Shown piece by piece: positions 54,350-64,000 of a DNA stretch of 64,000 bases. The stretch is from Azolla caroliniana (Eukaryota; Plantae; Polypodiophyta): NCBI GenBank assembly GCA_043228905.1, contig JBHGNT010000006.1, forward strand, positions 2,232,001 through 2,296,000. Direction: 5' to 3'. Under the pieces are notes generated by a model. It worked only from the letters and a program-made list of their open reading frames with translations. It ran no database searches and was not told the origin of the DNA. Numbering within the stretch: the first letter of the stretch is position 1; each line of letters begins with the position of its first letter. The translations under genes were made by a program, and so were the position numbers.

Positions 54350-54830
54350 CAGCAAGGCCTCTTGGTAGGAACATAGTTCACTATAAGGCCCTCTTTAACT
54401 CACATCACATGATGGATTTATCATAAAATATTCTTATATGGATAACACATCTACCACAAGCACTCCTTACTGTGATAGGGTGGCTCAAAACCTCTCCACA
54501 TTAACTAGAGATTGAGACAAAAATATGCACTCAAATCTATGGAAGAACAGCTATGCCAATTGAGCCATCAAGATGTGGAATCGGAGGAACACTATGTTTC
54601 CCGTTGTACTGTTTTCTTATGAAATAAAGAGGAGATACCACTGCATCTTCAAACAAGGCTTTGACCCACTCCACAAGGTACTGGAATACAAAAGCCGAGG
54701 ATGGTTGGGACTGTTCTCACTAGAAATCAAGAGACAGAGAGAGACTTTGATGGTCGACAATATAATCACAAAAGCTCATCACTCCATGCTACAAGTCAAT
54801 CAAGGACTTCACAAGTAGGGTCTTGACTAG
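54350..54830 (+). mobile_element. Decayed LINE ORF2 3' remnant with stops and frameshifts
   Basis: Stitching frames gives GWLKTSPH*LEIET...EEQLCQLSHQDVESEEHYVSRCTVF/YEIKRRYHCIFKQGFDPLHKVLEY...LGLFSLEIKRQRE, which aligns by eye with the domain at 10680-10930. Confidence 0.7.
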
Positions 54831-55191
54831 AACGTTCAAAAGAATAGTCATATCACCCTTGGCCATTATCATCTGACACTAAAGAATCTTCTTTTTGCTC
54901 GTAGACACCTTCGTCTTTGATCAGCCCACATTTTCAAAGGCAGAAGTTTTAGTTCATTGAAGCTCAAAATGTGCTTCATTGATAGAAAAACTCCATTATT
55001 CTCCACTGTGGCCATTGAATTCATGATTTTTGGTTCTTATTTTTTCACTCAAAAGTGACTGAAAATCTTGTTCGATGCAACCATAGACAATTACAATTAT
55101 ATCCAACCTGACTTGAGGCACATGGCAACATCATCAAGATAGAGGCTTGTGTGAATCTATATAACCATTAAATCCCTTCATGCAATTTCTA

Positions 55192-57147
55192 CTAGAAAGC
55201 AGCATATTTTAGTCTCATTGCCTCAAATTTTTCTGCATCATCTTGCATACCAGCCGTGACAAAGATATCAGCCATGGCGATATAACTCACGGCACAACTA
55301 TTATCAAGTTGCATTAGCTGGTCAAAAGCCAATATCCCAAGCTTCGAATTTCCCCAGATTCTACAAACATCTAAGACTGCAATCCACACTGCACTGTTAT
55401 CAGATGACGGCATCACCTTGATCACTGACATTACTTGGTCAAAATACCCAGCACATCCAAATACCGTGACCATGAAAGCAAGATGCTGTAATCTTGGAAT
55501 AATATTGTATTTCTCAGACATATTTCCAAAAAGAATTTGGACTTCATTTAGCAGCCCTGAATGGCTACATGCATTCAGAACACATTGGAAAGTGACCTCA
55601 TCTGGAGAAAGACCCTCACATTGCATGGATTCAAAACAGTTCAGTGCTTCATGACCTTTCCCTTCTTGCGCAAACCCTGATATTAATGCATTCCAGGAGA
55701 CCACGTTTCGAACTGAAAGCTCATCAAACACTTGTGTTGCTTTTGTAAGCATACCACACTTGGCATACATATCAAGCAAAGAAGTACCAAGTACACTATC
55801 TGTCACCAGAAAACCCCTACTCGTGATATCTTCATGAATGAGTTTTCCTTTGTCTATAGCTCCTGAATTTCCACATGCCTTCAAGATGCAAATAAATGTT
55901 ACTGGATCTGGAGCCAATCCCCCTCTGCAAATCTTTTCAAAACAGTTGAATGCTTCAGCACATCGCCCTTGTTGGGCATATCCTCCAATTATTACATTCC
56001 AGGAGACCATGTGTCTAATAGCATGCTCTTCAAGAACTTGTTGTGCTTTTGCAAAGAAGCCGCATTTGGCATACATATCTACCAATGCAGTAGTAAGAAC
56101 CATATTGGTCTCTAACAAGCCCCTACTTAAAATCTCACTATGAAGTTGCTTTCCTTCGTTTATTGCTCTCATGCTCCCACAAGCAATCAGAACACAAATT
56201 AAGGTGACTGGATTTGGGGAGATGCCCTCACTCTGCATCTGTTGAAAATGATGTAATGCTTCATGACCCCTCCCATGTTGGGCAAACCCAGCAATTAAAG
56301 TGGACCAAGTGATGACATTTCTATAAGGAAGATTGTCAAGAACTTGCCGTGCCTTTTCCAGCATACCAAATTTCACATACATATCCACCAAAGCATTTCC
56401 GAGGACAATATCATCACCTAACAAGGAAAGTCTCACAATTTCTTCATGAATATGTTTTCCTTTGTCTATGGCTCCTATGGTACCACATGCCTTCAAAATT
56501 GAAGCTAAAGTGATCGCATCTGGGGAGAGATGCTCACTTTGCATTTCTTCAAAGCAATACAATGCTTCATGGCCTTGTCCTTGTTGGGCAAACCCAGTTA
56601 TTAGTGCAGACCAAGAAACTACATCCCGAATGTGCTGCTCTTTAAGCACTTTTTGTGCTATAGAAAGAAAACCGCATTTCGCATACATATCTACCAAGGC
56701 AGTGCCAAGCATTATATCATCCTCTAACAAACCCCTATTCAAAATTTCATCGTGGATTTGTTTGCCTTTATGTATCGCTCTGGTTTTGCCGCATGCATTT
56801 AAGATGCTAGTATAAGTAATTCCATTTGGACAGAAGCCCTCGTATTTCATCTGATTGAGGCCGTTCAAAGCTTCATGAATTTTTCCTTCTCGGGAATAGC
56901 CTGAAATTAGTGCATTCCAACAGACAACATTTCGGGTGGGAATCTCTTCTAATACCTGTTGTGCTTTTGTGAGCATACCACATTTAGCATACATATTGAT
57001 TAAACTACTACCTAGGTAAGGGTTCTTTTCAAGTAACCCTCGCTTAATGATATCTTTATGTAGCCTAGTGCCCTTAAAAAGATCCTTCTTCTTGGTGCAA
57101 GCCTTGAGTAAGGCCATATGATCTTGTGTAGTGTTTCCATGTCTCAT
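55192..57147 (-). CDS. PLS-class PPR protein (E subclass)
   Basis: 651-aa intronless ORF, paralogous to its neighbours, ending DAEKFEAMRLKYAAF*. Confidence 0.96.
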   Translation of the reverse strand: MRHGNTTQDHMALLKACTKKKDLFKGTRLHKDIIKRGLLEKNPYLGSSLINMYAKCGMLTKAQQVLEEIPTRNVVCWNALISGYSREGKIHEALNGLNQMKYEGFCPNGITYTSILNACGKTRAIHKGKQIHDEILNRGLLEDDIMLGTALVDMYAKCGFLSIAQKVLKEQHIRDVVSWSALITGFAQQGQGHEALYCFEEMQSEHLSPDAITLASILKACGTIGAIDKGKHIHEEIVRLSLLGDDIVLGNALVDMYVKFGMLEKARQVLDNLPYRNVITWSTLIAGFAQHGRGHEALHHFQQMQSEGISPNPVTLICVLIACGSMRAINEGKQLHSEILSRGLLETNMVLTTALVDMYAKCGFFAKAQQVLEEHAIRHMVSWNVIIGGYAQQGRCAEAFNCFEKICRGGLAPDPVTFICILKACGNSGAIDKGKLIHEDITSRGFLVTDSVLGTSLLDMYAKCGMLTKATQVFDELSVRNVVSWNALISGFAQEGKGHEALNCFESMQCEGLSPDEVTFQCVLNACSHSGLLNEVQILFGNMSEKYNIIPRLQHLAFMVTVFGCAGYFDQVMSVIKVMPSSDNSAVWIAVLDVCRIWGNSKLGILAFDQLMQLDNSCAVSYIAMADIFVTAGMQDDAEKFEAMRLKYAAF

Positions 57148-57246
57148 TTCTCTGCATTTATCACTCTATTTTTGATGCGCTCATAATAGACCGAAAACTC
57201 AAAAATGAGATATTATTCATATCGAGAAACAGCCTGGGAGAAAGGC

Positions 57247-57249
<3 letters not shown>

Positions 57250-57279
<30 letters not shown>
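57250..57279. repeat. (GA)n microsatellite between the divergent PPR genes
   Basis: Read directly. Confidence 0.97.
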
Positions 57280-57281
<2 letters not shown>

Positions 57282-57698
57282 AAGTTTTATAGAAGAACCC
57301 AAAAACCTTTATACGAAAGTGATACTAAAACAGAGACAATAGTACTTATATAGTTATGATTAATAAGACATCTTTCGCAATAGTTACTATTTTTTTGTCT
57401 CGTGATCATCTCTCTAATTGAGCAAATTTATGATTTTTCTTCTCTGCAATAGGGCTGTTTCTTCACCTAAAGAATAACGCTGTTGAAAGCAAAAGTTTTT
57501 TGTATTCTTTATTGATTAAACGACATACCCTCCTTTTGGGTCTTACGAATTTATACATATTACCTTTTTTGGGGGGTTCTTTCTGGATTGTTAGATGAAA
57601 TCCTTTTTTAATCTTTTCAGATTTTTAGTTAGAACAATCACGATGCGGTAGCCAGAGCAGTGGGACTGAACCTAAGAGAAAAAATGTGAATTAAGAGC

Positions 57699-60600
57699 AT
57701 GTTAAGCAGATTAGCAAGCTCTAAGGAAGATTTCAATTATGTGGCATTGCTGAAATCTTGTGCACAGAACAAAGATCTCTGTAAAGGTACTAGAATACAT
57801 GCTGATGTTGTGAAAAAGGGCTTTCTTGAGAGGGATCCTTACTTGTCCACTACACTGATCAATATGTATGCCAAATGCGGTGCTATTGAGAAAGCACAAC
57901 AAATTCTTAAAGAGATTTCTTTCCGAGATGTTGTTTCATGGAATGCACTAATTGCAGGTTATGCTCAGCAAGGACAATGTCATGAAGCAATGGATTGTTT
58001 TGAACGAATGAGAAATGAAGGTCTCACTCCAAATTCAGTCACTTTCATTTGCATGTTGAAATCATGTGGCAAGATGGGAGATATAAAGAACGGGAAACAA
58101 ATCCATTATGAGATTGTGATTAGAGGATTGTTGGAAAAGGACATTGTGCTTGGTACTACTTTGGTGGACATGTATGCAAAATGTGGTCTCCTTAACAAAG
58201 CCGAAGAGGTGCTTGGAGACCTTATGGAACGGAATGTTGTCTCTTGGAATGTTTTGATTTCAGGGTATGTAGAACAGGGCAACTGCCATGAGGCATGGAA
58301 CTGTTTTAAGCGGATGGAAAGTGATGGTCTCACCCCTGATGTTATCACGTTCATTTACATCTTGAAAGCTTGTGGAAATTCTGGAGCCATAGACAAAGGC
58401 AAAGAAATTCATTATCATCTTGTGAATAGGGATTTGCTGGAGAAGGAGATCATGATTGGCAATGCTTTAGTTGATATGTATGTAAAATGTGGCATGCTTG
58501 TGAAAGCACGAGAAGTGCTTCATGAGCTTCTCAACCGAGACGCTGTCTCTTGGAATGCTCTAATTTCAGGATATTCCCACCAAGGAGAAAGCAATGAAGC
58601 ATTTCATTGCATCGAACAGATGCAAAGCGAGGGCCTGTTGCCAAATGTGGTTACGTCAATTTGCATGCTGAAGGCATGCAGCAGTGCAAGAAATTTAGAG
58701 AAGGGCAAACAAATTCACAGCAAGGTTGCAATTAATGGCTTTCTAGAGAAGCAAATTGATCTTAGAAAGGCATTGCTGGATATGTATGTGAAATGTGGTG
58801 CCCTTGATAGAGCTCAAAAAGTTCTCGAAGAGAACCTTATTCGGGATAAGGTTTCTTGGAATGTACTTATTGCAAGCTATTCCCAACAAGGGCATACTTT
58901 TCAAGCATTGAACTGTTTCGAATGGATGCAAAGAGAGGGTTATTTTCCTGATCTTGTCACGTTTATGTGCATTTTAAAAGCATGTGGCAGCACAGGAGTT
59001 ATTCAGAAGGTCTCTTGTATTTATGATGAATTAAGAACTGTAGAAAATGGAGAGCTCAAGGGAAAGCATGAAAAGGAAAAGAGCATTAGAAATTGCAAAA
59101 AAGAGTTGGTGTCAATGCTCAAGTCATATGCTAAGAAAGATGATTGTAAAGCATCTATCCATGTGGGGGTACTCGAAAAGAACCCTCATACTGAATGTGG
59201 CATGCTCCCGAAATCAAAGAAACTGCTCAATCATCTGCCTGTTGTGAATGCAGGATCTTGGAATGCATTAATTACGAGTTATGCCCATGACGGACAAGCT
59301 GAGGATGCTTTACATTGTTTTGAATTGATGCAAAGAGAGGGGCTATATCCTAATGAAGTGACCCTCATTTTCCTCTTGCAGGCTTGTGGCAAACTAGGAG
59401 ATATAGACAAGGGCATGAAAATTCATCAAGAAATTTTGAGCAGAGGCTTGTTGAAGAACGATATAGTGCTCAGCACTGCCGTAGTGGATATGTATGCCAA
59501 ATGTGGTGTGCTTTCTGTAGCACAACAAATGTTTGAAGCGCTTGCAGTTCGAGACACCATTTGTTGGTCAGCACTTATTGCAGGATATACACAACAAGGG
59601 CAATTTCATGAAGCTTTGCTCTGTTTTGAGAGAATGCAAAGCGAGGGTCTCACACCAGATGCGATTACTTTTACTTGCATATTGAAGAGCTGTGGCAGCA
59701 CCGGAGCTGTAGAAAAGGGTAAACAAATTCATAGAGACATTGCGAGGAGGAAATTGTTGGAGAAGGATGTTTTACTTGGAAATTCATTGGTGGATATGTA
59801 TGCCAAATGTGGTATGCTCGAAAAAGCAATGCAGGTCATCGAAGATCTTCCGATCCGAAATAGCAGTACTTGGTCTATGCTTATCACAGGCTATGTTCGC
59901 CAGGGGCGAGTTCACGACGCACTAAATTGTTTTGGATGTATTCAAAGTGAAAATCTCCCTCCGGATATTGCCACTTTTACTTGTATCTTGAATGCATGTG
60001 GCCAAATAGGTGCATTAGACAAGGGCATGGAAATCAATAGAGAAATTTCTAGTAGGGGCATGTTGGAGAAGGATATTGTGCTCAGTACTTCTTTGGTTGA
60101 TATGTATACAAAATGTGGGGATTTGACAAGAGCACATCAAGTGCTTCAAGAGCTTCCTATCCGGGACGTGGTCTCTTGGTCTACAATCATTTGTGGGTAC
60201 ACCCAAAAGGGAAAAGGAGATCAAGCACTGACATGTTTCGAGCAAATGCAAAGTGAGGGCCTCAACCCAGATGCTATCGCTTTCTCTTGCATCTTGATGG
60301 TGTGCAGCAGCGTGGGAGCTTTAGAAAAAGGCAAACAAATCCACAACAAGATTGAGAATATGGGCTTGCTCGAACAAGATATCATGCTTCAGACTGCTTT
60401 GGTGGATATGTATGCCAAATGTGATACACTTGCAAAAGCACAAGAAGTGCTCAAAATGTTTCGTGTTCAGCATGTGGCCTCTTGGAATGCACTTCTTTCA
60501 GTGTATGTGCAACGAGAGGAATATTATAGAGCATTGAACTGTTTCGAAGAAATGCAAACCAAGGGCCTTTCTCCAGATGTTGTCACCTTCATTTGCATCT

Positions 60601-61328
60601 TGCAGGCGTGTAGCAATACGGGGGCTATAGACAAGGGCAAACAAATTCACAAAGATATTGTGGATAGATGTTTATTGGTCAAGGATATCGTGCTAGGCAC
60701 AGCATTAGTGGACATGTATGCGAAATGTGGAATGCTTGCAACAGCACACCAAGTGCTTGAAGAGCTACCTGACCGAAACATTGTCTCTTGGAATGTGGTC
60801 ATCAAAGAGTATGGCCAACAAGGGAAGTATGAGGAAGTATTGAGTTGCTATGAGCAATTGCAGAATGAAGGCCTCTCTCCAGATGGAGTCACACTTTTAT
60901 GTGCTTTGAATGCATGCAGTCACTCTGGAATCGTCAATGAGGCTCGCATACTTTTTGGCAACATGACAATGGAGTATGGAATTACCCCAAACATCGAGCA
61001 TTTTACATGCATGGTGACGATTCTCGCACATGCAGGGCTTTTCAACGAGGCAATTTCTGTGATTCAGGTGATGCCATCTTTGGAGTTTCCTGAAGTTTGG
61101 CTTGCACTATTGGGTGCTTCTAGAAAATGGGGAAACATGAACCTAGGAAGATTGGCTTTTGATCAGGTTATACAACTAGATACTAGGGTTGCTTCAGCCT
61201 ATACACTTATGGCGAATATCTTCACAGCTGCTGGGATGCAAGAGGATGCAGAGAGGATTGAAGCCATGTGGCTGAAATATGCTGATTGGAACAAGCAAGG
61301 ACATCATGGGTTGATGCAAGCATCGTGA
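57699..61328 (+). CDS. Very long PLS-class PPR protein (E subclass), apparently two fused PPR arrays
   Basis: 1209-aa ORF. The triplet array is interrupted at ~59020-59240 by a degenerate copy of the family's N-terminal segment. Confidence 0.94.
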   Translation: MLSRLASSKEDFNYVALLKSCAQNKDLCKGTRIHADVVKKGFLERDPYLSTTLINMYAKCGAIEKAQQILKEISFRDVVSWNALIAGYAQQGQCHEAMDCFERMRNEGLTPNSVTFICMLKSCGKMGDIKNGKQIHYEIVIRGLLEKDIVLGTTLVDMYAKCGLLNKAEEVLGDLMERNVVSWNVLISGYVEQGNCHEAWNCFKRMESDGLTPDVITFIYILKACGNSGAIDKGKEIHYHLVNRDLLEKEIMIGNALVDMYVKCGMLVKAREVLHELLNRDAVSWNALISGYSHQGESNEAFHCIEQMQSEGLLPNVVTSICMLKACSSARNLEKGKQIHSKVAINGFLEKQIDLRKALLDMYVKCGALDRAQKVLEENLIRDKVSWNVLIASYSQQGHTFQALNCFEWMQREGYFPDLVTFMCILKACGSTGVIQKVSCIYDELRTVENGELKGKHEKEKSIRNCKKELVSMLKSYAKKDDCKASIHVGVLEKNPHTECGMLPKSKKLLNHLPVVNAGSWNALITSYAHDGQAEDALHCFELMQREGLYPNEVTLIFLLQACGKLGDIDKGMKIHQEILSRGLLKNDIVLSTAVVDMYAKCGVLSVAQQMFEALAVRDTICWSALIAGYTQQGQFHEALLCFERMQSEGLTPDAITFTCILKSCGSTGAVEKGKQIHRDIARRKLLEKDVLLGNSLVDMYAKCGMLEKAMQVIEDLPIRNSSTWSMLITGYVRQGRVHDALNCFGCIQSENLPPDIATFTCILNACGQIGALDKGMEINREISSRGMLEKDIVLSTSLVDMYTKCGDLTRAHQVLQELPIRDVVSWSTIICGYTQKGKGDQALTCFEQMQSEGLNPDAIAFSCILMVCSSVGALEKGKQIHNKIENMGLLEQDIMLQTALVDMYAKCDTLAKAQEVLKMFRVQHVASWNALLSVYVQREEYYRALNCFEEMQTKGLSPDVVTFICILQACSNTGAIDKGKQIHKDIVDRCLLVKDIVLGTALVDMYAKCGMLATAHQVLEELPDRNIVSWNVVIKEYGQQGKYEEVLSCYEQLQNEGLSPDGVTLLCALNACSHSGIVNEARILFGNMTMEYGITPNIEHFTCMVTILAHAGLFNEAISVIQVMPSLEFPEVWLALLGASRKWGNMNLGRLAFDQVIQLDTRVASAYTLMANIFTAAGMQEDAERIEAMWLKYADWNKQGHHGLMQAS

Positions 61329-62750
61329 TGTCGAAATTGGATGGCATGATGTTTGTATGGTTTGTAGGTTTCTATCATACTTGTTGGGGATCCATTGATG
61401 AAGGGTAAACAAAAAGCATCCACAACTTTTCATGATGATGAAATGGGATAGTACAATATTTGAATGGTTTTATATGTTTCTTTCTTCATGACATTTTAGT
61501 CTTTCATTCATATCAAGGTCACTATTAGTTGTATTTTCATAATGTTTGTTCACTTGATGGAAGCTGGTAGTCACTTCATGGACACTAATAAATATAGTTA
61601 CACAAAGATGAAACCATTTGTCATATTATCATATCATGCCTTAAAATCCAAGAAGTTTTAGCATGCATCTTGTTGCAACAGGAGACCTTTCCTCTTACAT
61701 GGGGAGAAACCAACAAAGCGTACTCATGAGGTATAATCCAATTGACATAATCATTAACCTTAGTTTAGCCTATTACACAACAAATTTGGTTGGAGAGATA
61801 CCAATAATCGTGTTCTGGATAACGTCATGATGATCAATCTACTCCCAATAAAATCATACATATGTTTGATCACAATCAGAAGGGTGCTATTCAAGAATAG
61901 GAACCGCAATTCAAAAGTCACCATACATAGCTTGACAGGTGAATATAAAACCACTCCCAAAGTATACCAATTTACCATATTATCTCAACGTCAAAGTAAG
62001 CCAAAATATGTGACCTATCCCAAATGAAGGTTCTTTATTCATTGACCGTCATTCCATTATTTTCTCAACATCAAAGCCAAAATTCAATGAGTGGGAGTTA
62101 CCCCGAACGATGGTTCCCGTTCCTGGGGCTGCAACATCCCAACACATCCTTTTCTTAACAAAAATTTGGGTTCACAAGCTCAACATCAAACATACACAAT
62201 GGAATTCGAGAACCTTCAGTTATACACTCACACTTTTGAGTGGTTACACCAATTCCCAATGTTAAATTCAGTATATTTCATTGTTGACTACTTTGGGACT
62301 CTGAAATCTGTATTCAAGAAATTCCCAAGTAGATCAGCTTCTAATTTGGAGCACAATTAGCAGAATATTGTTGCTGAGAACAAGCTTTGTGACTGACTAC
62401 TTTCCAGTTGCAAAATATTGAGTTGATCAGTAAAAATGAGTGGATAGATAGATAGATGCAACAACTCTAAAATAGAGAGAGAAAGAGATAGAGTGGGAGT
62501 ACAGCTCATTTGTAATGCTGTTTGGTGAAGATGAGGTCATTCATTCAATCCCTACATTCCACACCATATTGGCAGGCTTTGAATCCAAGTTGATACATCA
62601 ATAAAAAAATACGGCTTACCACAAGTATATCCTCGGTACAAAAAGAGAGAGTTGGATCATACAACGTGTTGAATGTAGGGTTCTGGGGAAACTGATTAAA
62701 AGAATGTAATGGGTGGGCAGTGGCCGCACCACCCATCTGTCCACTGCCGC

Positions 62751-64000
62751 CTATCGATGTCCATCTGCTGCTGCCGGTTCCTCTGGCACTTGAGGTTTGA
62801 GATGGCTTCCTCTATTTCTAGTGCCCATGGAAGCACTGTCATTCTCATGATGATTTCTCACACTGCTCATGGTGGAGAAATCCCCACTTTGAGAGAAATT
62901 AGAGGCAATGGCAGAGTTGGCCATGTGGGCGCCACGAGACGGTGGGCGGCGAGACCGTCCATCTTCGCCGCCACCACCCATGGAGCTTTTCTTCCTCCTT
63001 CGTCCAACCCTGTTTCCAATAGTACCACTTGAGCTTCCAATCGGCCCAGACTGAGACACAAGTGAAGACATAGTTGTAGGCACCAAATGCCGTGTTATCA
63101 TTGTGCTGATATTGCTTTGTCCCGATGGCTCTAGTGGGAAACCAACCACGCCATCCTCGTGTGCAGGTGGGAACTTCTCACTCTTGCTCTTTACCTGTTG
63201 CGACATAAGCCGTCGCCTCAGCTGCAAGATAAAAATTCCACTTTTTTGTTAAAACCATTGCTTTCATATATTTGTTGATAACATTTTAAGTGTAGGGTTA
63301 TAAGCACTCAAAGACACATTTTCCAAGATCTCTATCAGTAGGACTTTTTAGGCTTATACGCAAATGCAAATGGAATGTCCCTTCATTCTCTAAGCTGTCT
63401 ATGTTTAAACCAAAACGAACAGCTCACCATAATGGTAGCTAGCCCTTTATATACCATGAAACTCAAGGTCTGTGTCCGACCATGCCTTTCTTTATATCCC
63501 TGAAATCTGAGGCCCATCTCTAGACAATAGTTATCAACACACAAAAGGATGGCTGGTTCTTTATATACCATGAAAACCTTGAACTTTTCTCTGACCACGT
63601 CTATCCAGACCGGCCATTCAAGAACAGATGGATCAATTTCTAAGCTCACAGAAGGGTAGCTAGCCCTTTATATATTCCATAAAACTCTAGGTCTGAGTAT
63701 GCTCATAACACATCATTATTACCCACAGGTAATCAAGCCATGGTTATAAATCATACCTGTATATTTGCTTGTATTTCTGCATTTGCTTCTGGCGCAGGAA
63801 TAGCTTTATTAGTTCGCTGGGTCACTCGTTTTGAAGTTTCACCACGGGAACGCACAGCTTCTGCCCTTTTTCTAGAGAAATCCATAGAAGGATTTTGGTT
63901 ATATGCAAATTATCTTATCAAACAAAATAGTGACTCATGCTTCACCCTTACCTTCTAGCTTCCTCATCTCGCAGTTTGGCATCCATCTCTTTGCTTGGTG
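62751..64000 (-). CDS. 3' end of a CDK-like Ser/Thr kinase (At1g54610/IBS1-like family); exons >64000-63952, 63871-63757, 63221-62751; gene continues beyond the window
   Basis: PSKEMDAKLRDEEAR|RK...KAIPAPEANAEIQANIQ|LRRRLMSQQVKSKSEKFPPAHEDG are family-typical post-kinase motifs, joined in frame by GT-AG introns. Confidence 0.88.
63423..63700. repeat. Degenerate intronic tandem repeat (~110 bp, about 3 copies)
   Basis: ggtagctagccctttatataccatgaaactc-like motif at ~63433, ~63550 and ~63655. Confidence 0.7.

Noticed and set aside
44154-60537. Many short antisense or alternate-frame ORFs over the PPR genes and the P450
   Set aside because: These are shadows of repetitive or GC-rich coding sequence with no independent protein signal.

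Overview
Gene-dense, AT-rich land-plant nuclear DNA with spliceosomal GT-AG introns and many microsatellites. It is probably from a fern, inferred from the style of the PLS-PPR proteins and the LINE remnants; this is not proven. I can support about 12 protein-coding genes: five PLS-class PPR genes (one isolated at 2-3.9 kb, four closely related ones clustered at 43.5-61.3 kb), SDH2, a multi-exon coiled-coil protein, an RLCK-type pseudokinase, ECHIDNA/TVP23, a conserved unknown membrane-tailed protein, a CYP71-clan P450, and the 3' end of a CDK-like kinase. There are also two 5'-truncated LINE remnants and many local duplications. The most interesting structure is the PPR cluster: all four genes use a 36-aa long L motif, have almost no N-terminal targeting sequence, and stop just after E2, three with visible PG-box relics; one is an in-frame fusion of two PPR genes. 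No rRNA, tRNA or CRISPR array was seen. Exon boundaries were read by eye and family names come from remembered motifs, not database searches.
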